From the NCBI RefSeq assembly GCF_963920885.1, contig NZ_CAWUDG010000023.1, positions 1-64,000 on the forward strand: a stretch of 64,000 nt of DNA, written 5' to 3'. The position numbers and the translations under genes were made by a program. Positions 36,686-47,247 of the stretch are shown here, piece by piece (position 1 is the first letter of the stretch; every line of letters starts with the position of its first letter). The notes under the pieces are model-generated. The model was not told the origin of the DNA. It made no database searches and saw nothing but the letters and a program-made list of their open reading frames with translations. Origin of the DNA: Anabaena sp. CCY 0017 (lineage in GTDB: Bacteria > Cyanobacteriota > Cyanobacteriia > Cyanobacteriales > Nostocaceae).

Positions 36686-37064
36686 GGGTAATTAATATAT
36701 TTTTGGAAAAAATATCGGCGATGATCTTGACTTAATTTTGACATTTCCCTATTGATACTAGAGTAGTCTTAAGGCAGAAAAAATTTATCCATAAAGGTAG
36801 CTACATTTTCAGAATTTAGACTTATGTATTCCCAGTCACAATTAATATGATAGCAATGATTAGAAATGATTATGAGTAGATCAATTATGTCTTGTGAGTA
36901 AAGGCTACCTGGATTTATACACATCAATAAAAAATTCTGGTCGCCAGAAATTTGCTAATATTAAGTTATGCTTTGTCAAACAAGTAGTAATATCATAAGA
37001 TTGCGTGAATGTACCAGTAAAAGTACAATAGAAAACGTTTTAATAATTTATTTTTTTATTTTGT

Positions 37065-38666
37065 ATGGATTTAGTGGATAAAACAGAAAAAAAATTTGCA
37101 TTGACAACACCCCTATATTATGTGAATGATGTTCCTCACGTTGGCAGTGCTTACACCACAATAGCAGCAGACGTAGTGGCACGGTTTCACAGGCTGTCAG
37201 GACATCAGGTATTACTTATTACAGGTACAGATGAACATGGACAAAAAATTCAGCGTTCAGCAGAGAGTTTAGGGAAACCGCCACAAGAATTTTGTGATCA
37301 AATCGTGCCTAGCTTTATCAAGTTATGGCAGTTATTAAATATTCAGTATGATCGCTTTAGTAGGACTACCGCTTCTCGTCATGAAGCCATCGTCAAAGAG
37401 TTCTTTTTGCGAGTCTGGGACAAAGGCGACATCTACCAAGGCAAACAGAAGGGTTGGTACTGCGTATCTTGTGAAGAATTTAAGGAAGAACGAGACCTAC
37501 TAGAAGGAAAGCGCTGCCCTATTCATACTAACAAGGAAGTTGAATGGCGGGACGAGCAAAACTACTTCTTCCGTCTATCTAATTATCAAGCCCAACTCGA
37601 AGAATTTTACCAGTCTCGACCAGATTTTATTCAACCTGAAAGTCGTCGAAATGAAGTCTTGAGCTTTGTCAGCCAAGGTTTACAGGACTTTTCCATTTCG
37701 CGGGTAAATCTGGATTGGGGTTTCCCTGTCCCAGTTGATCCCCAGCATACCCTTTATGTCTGGTTTGATGCGTTGCTAGCTTATGTCACCGCATTATTAG
37801 AACCAGATGCAGAACCAACCTTAGCCAACGCCTTAGAAACTTGGTGGCCAATTAACCTACATCTAATTGGTAAAGATATCCTCCGATTCCATGCAGTTTA
37901 TTGGCCAGCCATGCTGATGTCCGCTGGTTTACCCTTACCAGGACAAGTGTTTGGACATGGGTTTTTGACTAAAGATGGTCAAAAAATGGGTAAGTCTCAG
38001 GGTAACACCCTCGATCCCATCTGGCTAGTTCAAAGTTATGGTAGTGATGCAGTTCGTTATTACTTCCTTAAGGAAATCGAATTTGGCAAAGATGGCGATT
38101 TTAATGAAGTTAGATTCATTAATGTTTTGAATGCAGATTTGGCCAATGACTTAGGTAATTTGCTAAATCGGACCTTAAACATGGTGAAGAAATACTGTGC
38201 TGCTGATGGACTAACCATTGGAAATGAAGCCATTAATGACGAAAACCCTTTGAAAAAAATTGGTATAAGTCTAGGGGACAAGGTGCAACAAGCATATCAA
38301 GCGCTAGCTTTCAACCAAGCCTGCGAAGCGACCCTTTCACTAGTACGAACTAGCAATAAGTTTATTGATGATCAAGCCCCTTGGTCACTATATAAACAAG
38401 GCAAGCAGCAGGAAGTGGAAGCAGTCCTGTACGCAGTTCTAGAATCTGTTAGACTAGCAGCTTATCTTCTTTCCCCAGTCATTCCGAATATCAGTAACGC
38501 TATTTATCAGCAACTGGGCTTTGGAATTGACTTTAATGATCAAATAAAAACTTCAATGCTTGCCCCTTTTGTGACCCATGCCAAATGGGGGTTACTCAGC
38601 AGTGAACAATCGTTGGGTAAACCACAGCCCGTCTTTAAACGCATCGAGATTCCCAAAAACGATTAA
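37065..38666 (+). CDS. metG: methionine--tRNA ligase (short form without C-terminal domain)
   Basis: N-terminal HVGS(AYTT) class-I signature and a zinc knuckle (CVSCEEF...CPIH). KMGKS (the KMSKS loop). Conserved anticodon-binding domain. Confidence 0.9.
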   Translation: MDLVDKTEKKFALTTPLYYVNDVPHVGSAYTTIAADVVARFHRLSGHQVLLITGTDEHGQKIQRSAESLGKPPQEFCDQIVPSFIKLWQLLNIQYDRFSRTTASRHEAIVKEFFLRVWDKGDIYQGKQKGWYCVSCEEFKEERDLLEGKRCPIHTNKEVEWRDEQNYFFRLSNYQAQLEEFYQSRPDFIQPESRRNEVLSFVSQGLQDFSISRVNLDWGFPVPVDPQHTLYVWFDALLAYVTALLEPDAEPTLANALETWWPINLHLIGKDILRFHAVYWPAMLMSAGLPLPGQVFGHGFLTKDGQKMGKSQGNTLDPIWLVQSYGSDAVRYYFLKEIEFGKDGDFNEVRFINVLNADLANDLGNLLNRTLNMVKKYCAADGLTIGNEAINDENPLKKIGISLGDKVQQAYQALAFNQACEATLSLVRTSNKFIDDQAPWSLYKQGKQQEVEAVLYAVLESVRLAAYLLSPVIPNISNAIYQQLGFGIDFNDQIKTSMLAPFVTHAKWGLLSSEQSLGKPQPVFKRIEIPKND

Positions 38667-38832
38667 TTTTTTTAATTTTCCATCATTTTTTGATTTTGTT
38701 CAATTTCTTAATTTTCTCAAAAAACTGATCGGGGCTTAACTTATTAGATTAGCTCCGAATCCTTATCATAAGTCGTTCTAGCATAACATCTCGGTAAATC
38801 CGTATCAAATATAACAAGCATAATAATGAGGT

Positions 38833-39471
38833 ATGACAACAATGTTGAATAATCTAGAAAGTGACTCAATCTTTACACCGGAACAAGTCTTGGAGAATCG
38901 AGGTCGTGTAGCTATATTCATTGATGGTTCCAACCTGTTTTATGCTGCATTACAATTGGGAATCGAAATTGACTACACAAAGCTACTATGCCGATTAACT
39001 GGCGGTTCTAGACTATTACGGGCTTTCTTTTACACTGGTGTAGACCGCACAAACGAAAAGCAACAAGGGTTTCTGTTGTGGATGCGTCGCAACGGCTATC
39101 GAGTCATTGCTAAGGATTTAGTACAGCTACCTGATGGCTCCAAAAAAGCCAACCTAGATGTAGAAATTGCCGTAGATATGATGGCCTTAGTTGATTCCTA
39201 TGATACCGCAGTTTTGGTCAGTGGTGATGGAGATTTGGCTTATGCGGTCAATTCAGTCAGCTATCGTGGTGTGCGCGTAGAAGTTGTGAGTTTGCGCTCC
39301 ATGACCAGTGATAGTTTAATCAATGTGAGCGATCGCTATATTGATTTAGAAGCCATCAAAGAAGATATCCAAAAAAACCCCCGTCAAAGCTATCCATATA
39401 GACCTCTATCCAGCATGGGTTTTCTGGAAGATATGAGAGAGGCTGATCAACAGTTAGAAATCCAAGATTAA
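38833..39471 (+). CDS. NYN-domain (LabA-like) protein
   Basis: VAIFIDGSNLFYA ... GVDRTNEKQ ... VLVSGDGDLAYAV. The acidic residues that characterise the NYN/PIN-like fold are present. Confidence 0.8.
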   Translation: MTTMLNNLESDSIFTPEQVLENRGRVAIFIDGSNLFYAALQLGIEIDYTKLLCRLTGGSRLLRAFFYTGVDRTNEKQQGFLLWMRRNGYRVIAKDLVQLPDGSKKANLDVEIAVDMMALVDSYDTAVLVSGDGDLAYAVNSVSYRGVRVEVVSLRSMTSDSLINVSDRYIDLEAIKEDIQKNPRQSYPYRPLSSMGFLEDMREADQQLEIQD

Positions 39472-40730
39472 TGAATTATCAAAAAGGCAGGCGGCAAAAG
39501 AGAGTAAATTATGCTGATAAAGGGCAAAATACACCATATTTACCCCACTTATTTTCATCACTAGCTCTCGGTTTTTTTCGACGAAAAGCAAATTTGTTTT
39601 ACCTGCCTTTAACTTTTTTATTGGTACTTGGATTAGTTGCTTGTGGGGGTAAATCCCCCACGCCTTCTCAACCAGATGATGTTGATTCAACTCCCCAAGA
39701 AAGCAATTTAACCTTCTTTGATGTCACTTTAGAACAAGCCGACGAAGTTGGAAGACCTGTTTGGAAAGTACGATCTAAGAAGGCGATATATACTAAAGAA
39801 AAACAACTTGGTCAGGCGGAAAGTCCCGTTGGTGAACTATACCAAGATGGCAAACCAATTTACCAAATACAAGCAGACAAAGCAGATATTGAACAGGATG
39901 GTCAGAGGCTATTTCTCAAGGGAAAAATTCTGGCTACAGATCCCGTCAATGGTATTGTATTGCAAGGTAATGAATTAGAATGGTTGCCTCAAGAAGATTT
40001 GTTAATTGTCCGTAATCAAATCAATGGGACTCATAAACAACTAAAAGCAGTAGCGCAAGAAGCACGAGTTAAAACTCGCGAACAGCGGATAGAATTTTCT
40101 GGTGGCGTAATAGCCAATTCCGTTGATCCCCAAATGCAAATGCGAAGTGAAAATTTAACTTGGCGAATTAAAGAAGAAATATTAACTAGCGATCGCCCCA
40201 TACAAATTGACCGTTATAACAATAATCAAATTACTGACCGTGGCAGAGGAGATGCTGCCGAAGTTAACTTAAAAACTAAAATTGCTACGATCAAAAAAAA
40301 TTCCCAGTTAGAGTTAGTAGACCCACCCACACAAATAGCTAGTAACTCTATGACCTGGGACATGAAAGCAGAAACGGTGAAGACAAATGCCCCAATTACT
40401 GTTGTCCAGCGTGCCGAAAATGTGACTGTAACCGCCAATCAAGGCGAAATGAAAATACAGCAAAAAATTGTCAATTTAGCAGGTAATGTCACCGCTATAG
40501 GTCAACGTCGTCAATCCCTGAAATCTAATCAATTAAGTTGGTATCTGGACAAAAAATTATTAGAAGCGCAGGGAAACGTGATTTATCGTCAAGTTGACCC
40601 ACCCATAAATTTTACAGGTGAAACAGCCGTTGGTAATCTGCAAACAGAAGACATTATAGTTAAAAGTGGTAAATCTGGCCGCAGAGTAGTCACAGAAATT
40701 ATTCCTCAAGATGCAGGAATTAGAAATTAG
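39471..40730 (+). CDS. secreted lipoprotein with repeated beta-rich modules (possibly OstA/LptA-like fold)
   Basis: The lipobox LVAC precedes an internally repetitive beta-strand-rich sequence. The family assignment is uncertain. Confidence 0.35.
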   Translation: MNYQKGRRQKRVNYADKGQNTPYLPHLFSSLALGFFRRKANLFYLPLTFLLVLGLVACGGKSPTPSQPDDVDSTPQESNLTFFDVTLEQADEVGRPVWKVRSKKAIYTKEKQLGQAESPVGELYQDGKPIYQIQADKADIEQDGQRLFLKGKILATDPVNGIVLQGNELEWLPQEDLLIVRNQINGTHKQLKAVAQEARVKTREQRIEFSGGVIANSVDPQMQMRSENLTWRIKEEILTSDRPIQIDRYNNNQITDRGRGDAAEVNLKTKIATIKKNSQLELVDPPTQIASNSMTWDMKAETVKTNAPITVVQRAENVTVTANQGEMKIQQKIVNLAGNVTAIGQRRQSLKSNQLSWYLDKKLLEAQGNVIYRQVDPPINFTGETAVGNLQTEDIIVKSGKSGRRVVTEIIPQDAGIRN

Positions 40731-40813
40731 GAAGAAGCAGATGTGCAGGGGGACTGAGTAAGCAAACTATCAAGAATTAAATGGGATTCGATTCCTGTAT
40801 TACGAACTACGAA

Positions 40814-42190
40814 TTATAAATTACTTTTATTCGCAACTAACAAAATTTCGTTACGACTAGCCGCACCCAATTCCGGTGAAAAATATTTAGGAGAATGGGG
40901 AGTAATTGTAGAGGGAATATTGGGAACTACTTCTAACTTTTCTACCAGAGCTTGTAACAGCTTATCTTGATTAGCGCGGAAAGCTGGTATTTGTGGACCA
41001 CGGTTAATAATAGCAAACCATACCAAACCGCGATCGCGTGTAGGAATGACTCCAGCTAAAGCGCTCACCTCTCGCAAAGTACCAGTTTTCATCACAGTAG
41101 CATGAGGCATATTTCTATATCGCATTGTTCCCCGACGGTCAAATCCAGAGCTAGGAAACAAGTCAGCCACATTAATTTTATGGGTCGATGCTTCCCGTTG
41201 AATCGCCATTAACATCGCACAAGCGGCTCTCGGAGAAATGCGATTGTCTACTCCTAATCCTGAACCATTAATTAACTGAATTTCTGCCTCTGGTACTCCA
41301 GCCAATTTAGCAGCTTTCGATTGCATGACAGCAGCGCCTCCCACCGATTCCGCCAACATTTCTGCCATGACGTTGTTACTGAACACGTTCATTTCCTTAA
41401 TTAATTGCTGCAAAGGTAAAGAACGGCGACGTACCAGTAGGGTTTCTTGAGGATTTGGTTGGGTTGCTACTTTCACATTTCCCGCAATTACTACTTGAGG
41501 TTTAGCTGTACCCTTCGGCATAATGGAATATATGTAATTTGCTGGACGAGTCCAAGTTGCATAATTCAGTGCCTGCTTGAGCATTTGCCCAGCTAATATG
41601 GGATTGGGTTCAAAATTCATGGCGAATTTGCCGTTTATGAGCAGATTTCCCTTTACCTGCTTAATACCCATTTTATTCAGAGTATTACCCAGTGCGATCG
41701 CTTCTTCCCAAACAAACATCGGATCACCACCGCCGGTAATCACCAAATCACCCTGCAAAACCCCGTTAACTATTCGCCCTGTCGTGCTGACCAAAGTCTC
41801 AAATTGGTGGTCTGGCCCCCAAGTTTTCAAAGCCACAAGTGAAGTCGCAATTTTGGTTAAAGAAGCAGCAGGCAGAGGTGTAGTACCTTGATGATTAGCC
41901 ATCAACATCGGCCCCGACTGCATCCAAATGCCTTGACTCTCCGCTAAGTTTTCCGCTACCAGCTTCGAGGAAATCATTCCCTGCAAATATTTCTGAACTG
42001 TAGTCGAACCGGCTGGATTGGGGTCAGGTGCCAGAACCAAGCCAGGGCTACTTTGCCAAGCTAATGCCTGTAAGGCTTCTGTAGGCTTAATTTGTACCCC
42101 AGCCATTTCTAGCCATACAGAAACTAAACCTGAACCCAATAATTCCAGCATACTTTCTTCCTCTAAATAGTTTCCTGTGCTAATATACAA
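40814..42190 (-). CDS. dacB: D-alanyl-D-alanine carboxypeptidase/endopeptidase (PBP4 / peptidase S13 family)
   Basis: SxxK active site (ASLTKIATS), SxN (FSNN) and KTG (MKTGT) motifs in the correct order. 458 aa. Confidence 0.8.
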   Translation of the reverse strand: MYISTGNYLEEESMLELLGSGLVSVWLEMAGVQIKPTEALQALAWQSSPGLVLAPDPNPAGSTTVQKYLQGMISSKLVAENLAESQGIWMQSGPMLMANHQGTTPLPAASLTKIATSLVALKTWGPDHQFETLVSTTGRIVNGVLQGDLVITGGGDPMFVWEEAIALGNTLNKMGIKQVKGNLLINGKFAMNFEPNPILAGQMLKQALNYATWTRPANYIYSIMPKGTAKPQVVIAGNVKVATQPNPQETLLVRRRSLPLQQLIKEMNVFSNNVMAEMLAESVGGAAVMQSKAAKLAGVPEAEIQLINGSGLGVDNRISPRAACAMLMAIQREASTHKINVADLFPSSGFDRRGTMRYRNMPHATVMKTGTLREVSALAGVIPTRDRGLVWFAIINRGPQIPAFRANQDKLLQALVEKLEVVPNIPSTITPHSPKYFSPELGAASRNEILLVANKSNL

Positions 42191-42253
42191 GCTTTTCGAG
42201 CATAATCAGCAGGATGCATTGGGCGGTACAAGAACTTACATCTTGATAAACCA

Positions 42254-43309
42254 TTATTTTGCTGATATTTTTACACCTTCAATGATGCTGATCGAAGAAG
42301 GGGTAGGAATAATCTTAGTAAGTTTAAACCCAGCAGCAGCAAAGAGTTCTTCAAATTCGGTTGCGGTGCGTTCACGGCCTCCAGAAGTCATTATTAACAT
42401 TTCCAAATCGAGGAATTTACTCAGGGAAGGTTCGTTAGGATTGGGAATGACATTTTCTACAACCAGCACTTTCCCGTTGTCTGGCATCACATGGTGACAA
42501 TTTTGAAGAATTTTGATGGCACTTTCATCATCCCAGTCATGAATGATGTGTTTCATGATATAAGCATCACCACCACTCGGTACAGATTCAAAGAAGTCGC
42601 CACTCAATAATTGCCAACGCCCCTCTAATTCTGATGCTTCTAAATGTTGCTTTGCTCCCTCAATTACTTGTTCTTGGTCGTAAACTATACCCTTAACTTT
42701 AGGGTAATTTTTGAGAATGCTAGCAAGTAAAGTCCCATGTCCACCACCCACGTCAATTAAGGTGTTGATAGAAGAAAAGTCGTAACTAGACACCACAGGA
42801 TTGATATACGTGCTGGAAAAACTTGTCATGCAAGTGTCAAATATGGCTGCGGCTTCTGGTTTTTGAGCCAAGTAGGGAAATAAAGACGTTCCAAAAACGT
42901 CATCAAAAGCTGGTTTACCTGTTTTGATACTGTAGAGAATATTGCCCCAGGGTTGCCAATGCCAGTCTTCAGAACCGAACATGATAGCCATCGCCTGTAA
43001 CGAATCTGGAACATCACTGCGGAGATATTCGGCCATTGGTGTGAGCTGAAAACGGCGATTTTCCAGTTCTGTAAATATAGCAATGCTACACAAAGCACGC
43101 ATTAAGCGATACAATGATTCTGCATCAACTTCTGTAGATTTTGCTAACTCTTCTGCACTTTTAGCACCATCTTTTAGTAAATCAGCAATCCCCAACTTAG
43201 CGGCTACATAGATTGATTGCGTTAACCAAAAACCACAAATCATTTGCTTAAGTTGTTCGGCCAAAGGTATTTGACTTGTTGACTGGTAAGTGTCCTGTTG
43301 AAATCCCAT
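42254..43309 (-). CDS. SAM-dependent O-methyltransferase (class I, plant-like OMT family with N-terminal dimerisation domain)
   Basis: LIDVGGGHGTLLASIL motif I. The N-terminal helical dimerisation region is typical of the OMT family (PF00891). Confidence 0.8.
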   Translation of the reverse strand: MGFQQDTYQSTSQIPLAEQLKQMICGFWLTQSIYVAAKLGIADLLKDGAKSAEELAKSTEVDAESLYRLMRALCSIAIFTELENRRFQLTPMAEYLRSDVPDSLQAMAIMFGSEDWHWQPWGNILYSIKTGKPAFDDVFGTSLFPYLAQKPEAAAIFDTCMTSFSSTYINPVVSSYDFSSINTLIDVGGGHGTLLASILKNYPKVKGIVYDQEQVIEGAKQHLEASELEGRWQLLSGDFFESVPSGGDAYIMKHIIHDWDDESAIKILQNCHHVMPDNGKVLVVENVIPNPNEPSLSKFLDLEMLIMTSGGRERTATEFEELFAAAGFKLTKIIPTPSSISIIEGVKISAK

Positions 43310-43337
43310 GATTTGTGAAAGATAAACTCTATAAAAT

Positions 43338-44423
43338 TCACTTCCTTTCTGGATGTGCCTTTTCTTCCTGAGAAGGAGTACCCATCTGGTTAATTAATGC
43401 AATCATTTGATACAAACGACCCAAATCACGCTGGTTAAAGTACAACACCAAGCGGGGTAGTTCGGCTGTTTCATCTTGGTTTTCTTGAGGTAAAGCTGGG
43501 CTTTTGGCAATTTTTCCTTTTACCAAAATATCGCTAAAGTTAGCATTTAACTTTTCTACCGCAGCATCTGATAAATCTGCTGACAGACGAATCACTAATT
43601 GCTCACCTACATAGCGGCTAGAGTGATAAACTTGATAAAAATTGGTAATCGCATTACAAGCTACTGCCAGGTTATCTGTGACTGTGTAAAGGCTAGGGTC
43701 TTCGGGACTCACAAGACCTTTCTGCACCAGTTGTTGATCAATATATTCGCTCCAAGACCGCCAGTAATCGCCACCTGGATGATCTATTAAAACTACAGGA
43801 ACAGGGCCAAATTTACCTGTCTGGCTTAAGGTCATACATTCAAAAGCTTCATCTTGAGTGCCAAAACCTCCAGGAAATAAAGCCACAGCGTCACTTTCTT
43901 TGAGGAGAAATAGTTTGCGGGTAAAGAAATATTTAAAATGAATCAGCTTCGGATCACCTTCAATAAATGGGTTCGCTTGCTGCTCAAAGGGTAACTGAAT
44001 ATTTAAGCCAAAGGAATTATCTCGTCCAGCGCCTTCGTGACCCGCCTGCATAATACCGCCGCCACCGCCTGTCATGACCATGAATCCTAACTGACAAACA
44101 GCACGAGCAAATTCAAGGGCGATTTGATACTCTGGTGTTTCTGGAGATAGACGCGCTGAACCAAAGATAGTAACTTTGCGAACGTGTCGATAGTCATAAA
44201 ATAGCTGGAAACCTCGTTCCATATCTGCTAAGGCAGATGACAAGATTTTCCAATCAAGACGTTCAATTTCAGTCTCAGCTAAACGCACTATAGTAGCCAG
44301 TGCTTGCTGAATCAGTTGCTGATTTTTTAACGTTGGTAAACGATCAAATAGTTCAGCAATATCCGCCTGGAGAGTCTCTAATGTGTCAAAAGACGCAGAT
44401 GAGGTCATGAGAACTGTCGCCAC
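43338..44423 (-). CDS. LOG-family (TIGR00730) Rossmann-fold nucleotide-binding protein with N-terminal extension
   Basis: VTIFGSARL and PGGFGTQDEAFE(CMTL) signatures of LOG / lysine-decarboxylase-like proteins. Confidence 0.75.
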   Translation of the reverse strand: MATVLMTSSASFDTLETLQADIAELFDRLPTLKNQQLIQQALATIVRLAETEIERLDWKILSSALADMERGFQLFYDYRHVRKVTIFGSARLSPETPEYQIALEFARAVCQLGFMVMTGGGGGIMQAGHEGAGRDNSFGLNIQLPFEQQANPFIEGDPKLIHFKYFFTRKLFLLKESDAVALFPGGFGTQDEAFECMTLSQTGKFGPVPVVLIDHPGGDYWRSWSEYIDQQLVQKGLVSPEDPSLYTVTDNLAVACNAITNFYQVYHSSRYVGEQLVIRLSADLSDAAVEKLNANFSDILVKGKIAKSPALPQENQDETAELPRLVLYFNQRDLGRLYQMIALINQMGTPSQEEKAHPERK

Positions 44424-44540
44424 AATGGCATTACATTTTACCTGATTTTGGAATGCAGTTTACAACCGCTTCACTCGGTGGTTATTTAAAACTCCATAGT
44501 TTTTGACTATTAACATATTAAAGACTATTCATAATCTCTT

Positions 44541-44620
44541 ATAGCGGTTTTGACATGAGTTAAAACAGTGTTAATAGCTCAAAGCCTTACAGCCAGTGGC
44601 TTTATCCTCAGCACTTTGCC
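44541..44620. repeat. about-80-nt conserved intergenic element (copy A; copy B at 52765-52866)
   Basis: Shares GGTT..AACAGTGTT(A/G)AT(A/G)GCTCAAA(G/A)GC ... GG(C/T)TTTAT ... CTCAGCACTTTGC with the element downstream of mutS2. Confidence 0.35.
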
Positions 44621-45039
44621 ATAAAATGAAAAAGCACCTGTGGTTAAAAATTCACCAAGGCACTGCTCAAGAATTCAATAGACATACAGCAATCTAATTT
44701 AATTCGGTGAATTGACTGCGGTAGTCCAGAAAATGGTAACAGCAAGATGAAATAGATGGCATTGAGTTTTGTCAGCGTATGCTATAGGCAGGCTACGTCA
44801 ACAAAAATCAAATAGAAGTATATCGCACCAAGTCGTTAGATAAACGCCAAAATGCTGTAAAAGCCACACTACATTTTTAGAACCAAGTATGACTGGGGTC
44901 GTGGACATCTAACACTGTTGACCACAAGAAAAAGTTTTTTTGAGACGCGAGTTTTCGCGCCTCGCAAACTTCTTCACAAAGATTTACCTAAATCTTAAGC
45001 AAATGGCAGACTCAAAAGGATTGTGCTACCAATTGAGTC

Positions 45040-45363
45040 TCAAAGATATTTTTCCAAAGTGTTAGCTAATGTAGTTTTAGGCACGGCTCCGACAACCATA
45101 TCAACCTTTTGCCCATCTTTAAAAATCATTAAAGTAGGGATGCTGCGGATGCCATACTGACTGGCGACATTAGGATTCTCATCAGTATTAACTTTCACAA
45201 CTTTGATTTGACCTTCATATTGACCGGCAATTTCCTCTACAACAGGAGCTACCATGCGGCAGGGACCGCACCAGGGGGCCCAGAAGTCAACTAAAACTGG
45301 TACATCGCTTTCGAGTACTTCTTGCTTAAAACTAGAATCTGTAACTTGTTCGGCTGCTGTCAT
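45040..45363 (-). CDS. trxA: thioredoxin
   Basis: WAPWCGPCR active site. 107 aa. Confidence 0.9.
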   Translation of the reverse strand: MTAAEQVTDSSFKQEVLESDVPVLVDFWAPWCGPCRMVAPVVEEIAGQYEGQIKVVKVNTDENPNVASQYGIRSIPTLMIFKDGQKVDMVVGAVPKTTLANTLEKYL

Positions 45364-45704
45364 GCCTAAAAACCTTTGCCAATTATATTTCTGAGTTTGG
45401 TGAAAATTCTACCATAGCAAAAACAGCCGCTAAGAAGTCAAAAATGTACATTTGCAACGAAGTTAAAGAAATTATGGACAAACATAAGGAACCGCCCAGA
45501 CAATAGTCCGGGCGGAGTGTGGTGTGAGGAGTGAACGGAAACATCTGTCTCCGCTATCTCTATTGTAGGCGACATATCGGATTTTTCCAGAGATTGTTTA
45601 AGAGTCTGGAAAATTTTTTCAACAAGAATTTGAGTTGGGGACTGGGGATCAGTAAAGAATTTATTTCTTATTAGTGATTCCTACCTCCCTATTCCCCATT
45701 TTCT

Positions 45705-46868
45705 TTATTTACCCATGCCTAATTGTTGGGCTTTTTGGTATACTTTACCTTCTGTTAGTAGGGAAGGAGCGATTACCACTTCAACTTGCTGCATTTCTTT
45801 GATGTTTTTGGCTCCTAATGTCCCCATGCTAGTTTTTAAGGCTCCCACCAGGTTATGAGTGCCATCATCCAGTCCGGCAGGACCGATGAGTATTTGCTCT
45901 AGGCTGCCAGTTGTACCAACGCTAATGCGAGTCCCACGGGGCAGTAAGGGGCTAGGAGTTGCCATTCCCCAATGATAGCCCCTACCTGGAGCTTCGGCGG
46001 CTCTGGCAAAGGGAGAACCGATCATCACACCATCAGCACCGCAGGCGATGCACTTGCAAATGTCGCCACCAGTAATTAAACCACCATCGGCAATAATCGG
46101 GATATAGTTACCAGTTTCCTGATAATAATCATCTCTGGCGGCTGCACAATCTGCGATCGCAGTTGCTTGTGGTATGCCCACACCCAAAACGCCACGAGAT
46201 GTACAAGCCGCACCAGGTCCAATTCCCACTAAGACCGCAGCCGCCCCAGCTTTCAACAAATTTAACGTAACTTCATAGGTAACACAGTTCCCCAACGCCA
46301 CTGGGATGGGCATAGAACGGCAAAATTCAGCCAAATCGAGGGGAACTATCGACTCTGGCGATAAATGTGCCGTAGAGACTACTGTAGCCTGGACAAAAAA
46401 CAAATCTGCCCCGGCTTTTGCCACTATTTCACCATATTTACTGGCTGCGGCTGGAGTAGCACTCACCGCCGCAATACCACCTTGTTGTTTAATTTCCTGA
46501 ATACGTTTTTCAATTAATTCCGGCTTGATGGGTTCGGCATAGAGTTCTTGCATCAAGGACACAAATTCACTTTTACCGACTGAGGCGATTCGTTCTAAAA
46601 TCGGCTCTGGGTCAGCATAGCGAGTTTGGATACCTTCTAAGTTGATGACTCCTAATGCTCCTAACTGTGACAGTTTTACAGCCATTTTGACATCGACTAC
46701 GCCATCCATTGCACTGGCAATAATTGGGATTTCTCGCTCAATATTGCCAATAGTCCACTTTGTATCTGCCAGACTCGGATCGAGTGTTCTGCTACCAGGG
46801 ACTAGAGCAATTTCATCAATTCCATAAGCTCTACGAGCTGTTTTTCCCCGCCCAAGTTGAATTTCCAC
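45705..46868 (-). CDS. IMP dehydrogenase family protein lacking CBS domains (GuaB-like / GMP reductase-like)
   Basis: TIM-barrel with a catalytic Cys loop [20 protein letters not shown]. At 387 aa it lacks the CBS subdomain. Confidence 0.75.
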   Translation of the reverse strand: MEIQLGRGKTARRAYGIDEIALVPGSRTLDPSLADTKWTIGNIEREIPIIASAMDGVVDVKMAVKLSQLGALGVINLEGIQTRYADPEPILERIASVGKSEFVSLMQELYAEPIKPELIEKRIQEIKQQGGIAAVSATPAAASKYGEIVAKAGADLFFVQATVVSTAHLSPESIVPLDLAEFCRSMPIPVALGNCVTYEVTLNLLKAGAAAVLVGIGPGAACTSRGVLGVGIPQATAIADCAAARDDYYQETGNYIPIIADGGLITGGDICKCIACGADGVMIGSPFARAAEAPGRGYHWGMATPSPLLPRGTRISVGTTGSLEQILIGPAGLDDGTHNLVGALKTSMGTLGAKNIKEMQQVEVVIAPSLLTEGKVYQKAQQLGMGK

Positions 46869-47039
46869 GCTTTAACTTTTTTCAAATCTGTTTAAGCTAG
46901 GGTATCAAATTGTGAGGGGATTTGGAGCGTTTTTTTTGGACAGCAACCACTAATTTTTAGAGGATAAGAGTTTGGAGCAAATTGTGAACTTGCATGATGA
47001 GGACGGACAAGACTTGTACTGAGCAGTTCGGCAAGCTCA

Positions 47040-47228
47040 CTGTAACACTTGTCGTAAAGCCTACGGCATAGCTGCGCTTACCGCGTAGCGTCTCGTATAG
47101 AAGTATGCCCATCCCACAAGATATTCAGTCAAAATTATGTTTTGTAGGGTGTGTTGTCGCGTAGCGCAACGCACCATCTTCAATTCTCCGTGCGTTAGGA
47201 CTAGCGTCCATAATGCACCCTACAAGGT
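47040..47228. repeat. two tandem palindromic dispersed repeat units (CGCGTAGCG... / GTGTTGTCGCGTAGCGCAACGCACC...)
   Basis: Same family as the repeats at 9801, 16039 and 35701. Located downstream of the flotillin gene. Confidence 0.5.
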
Positions 47229-47247
47229 TCGTTCACTGTTAACTGAA

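Noticed and set aside
44925-44985. Hairpin GAGGCGCGA-aaac-TCGCGTCTC downstream of trxA as an intrinsic terminator
   Set aside because: On the trxA-sense RNA the stem is followed by an A-tract, not a U-tract, and the U-tract precedes the stem on the other strand. It is not a convincing Rho-independent terminator in either direction.
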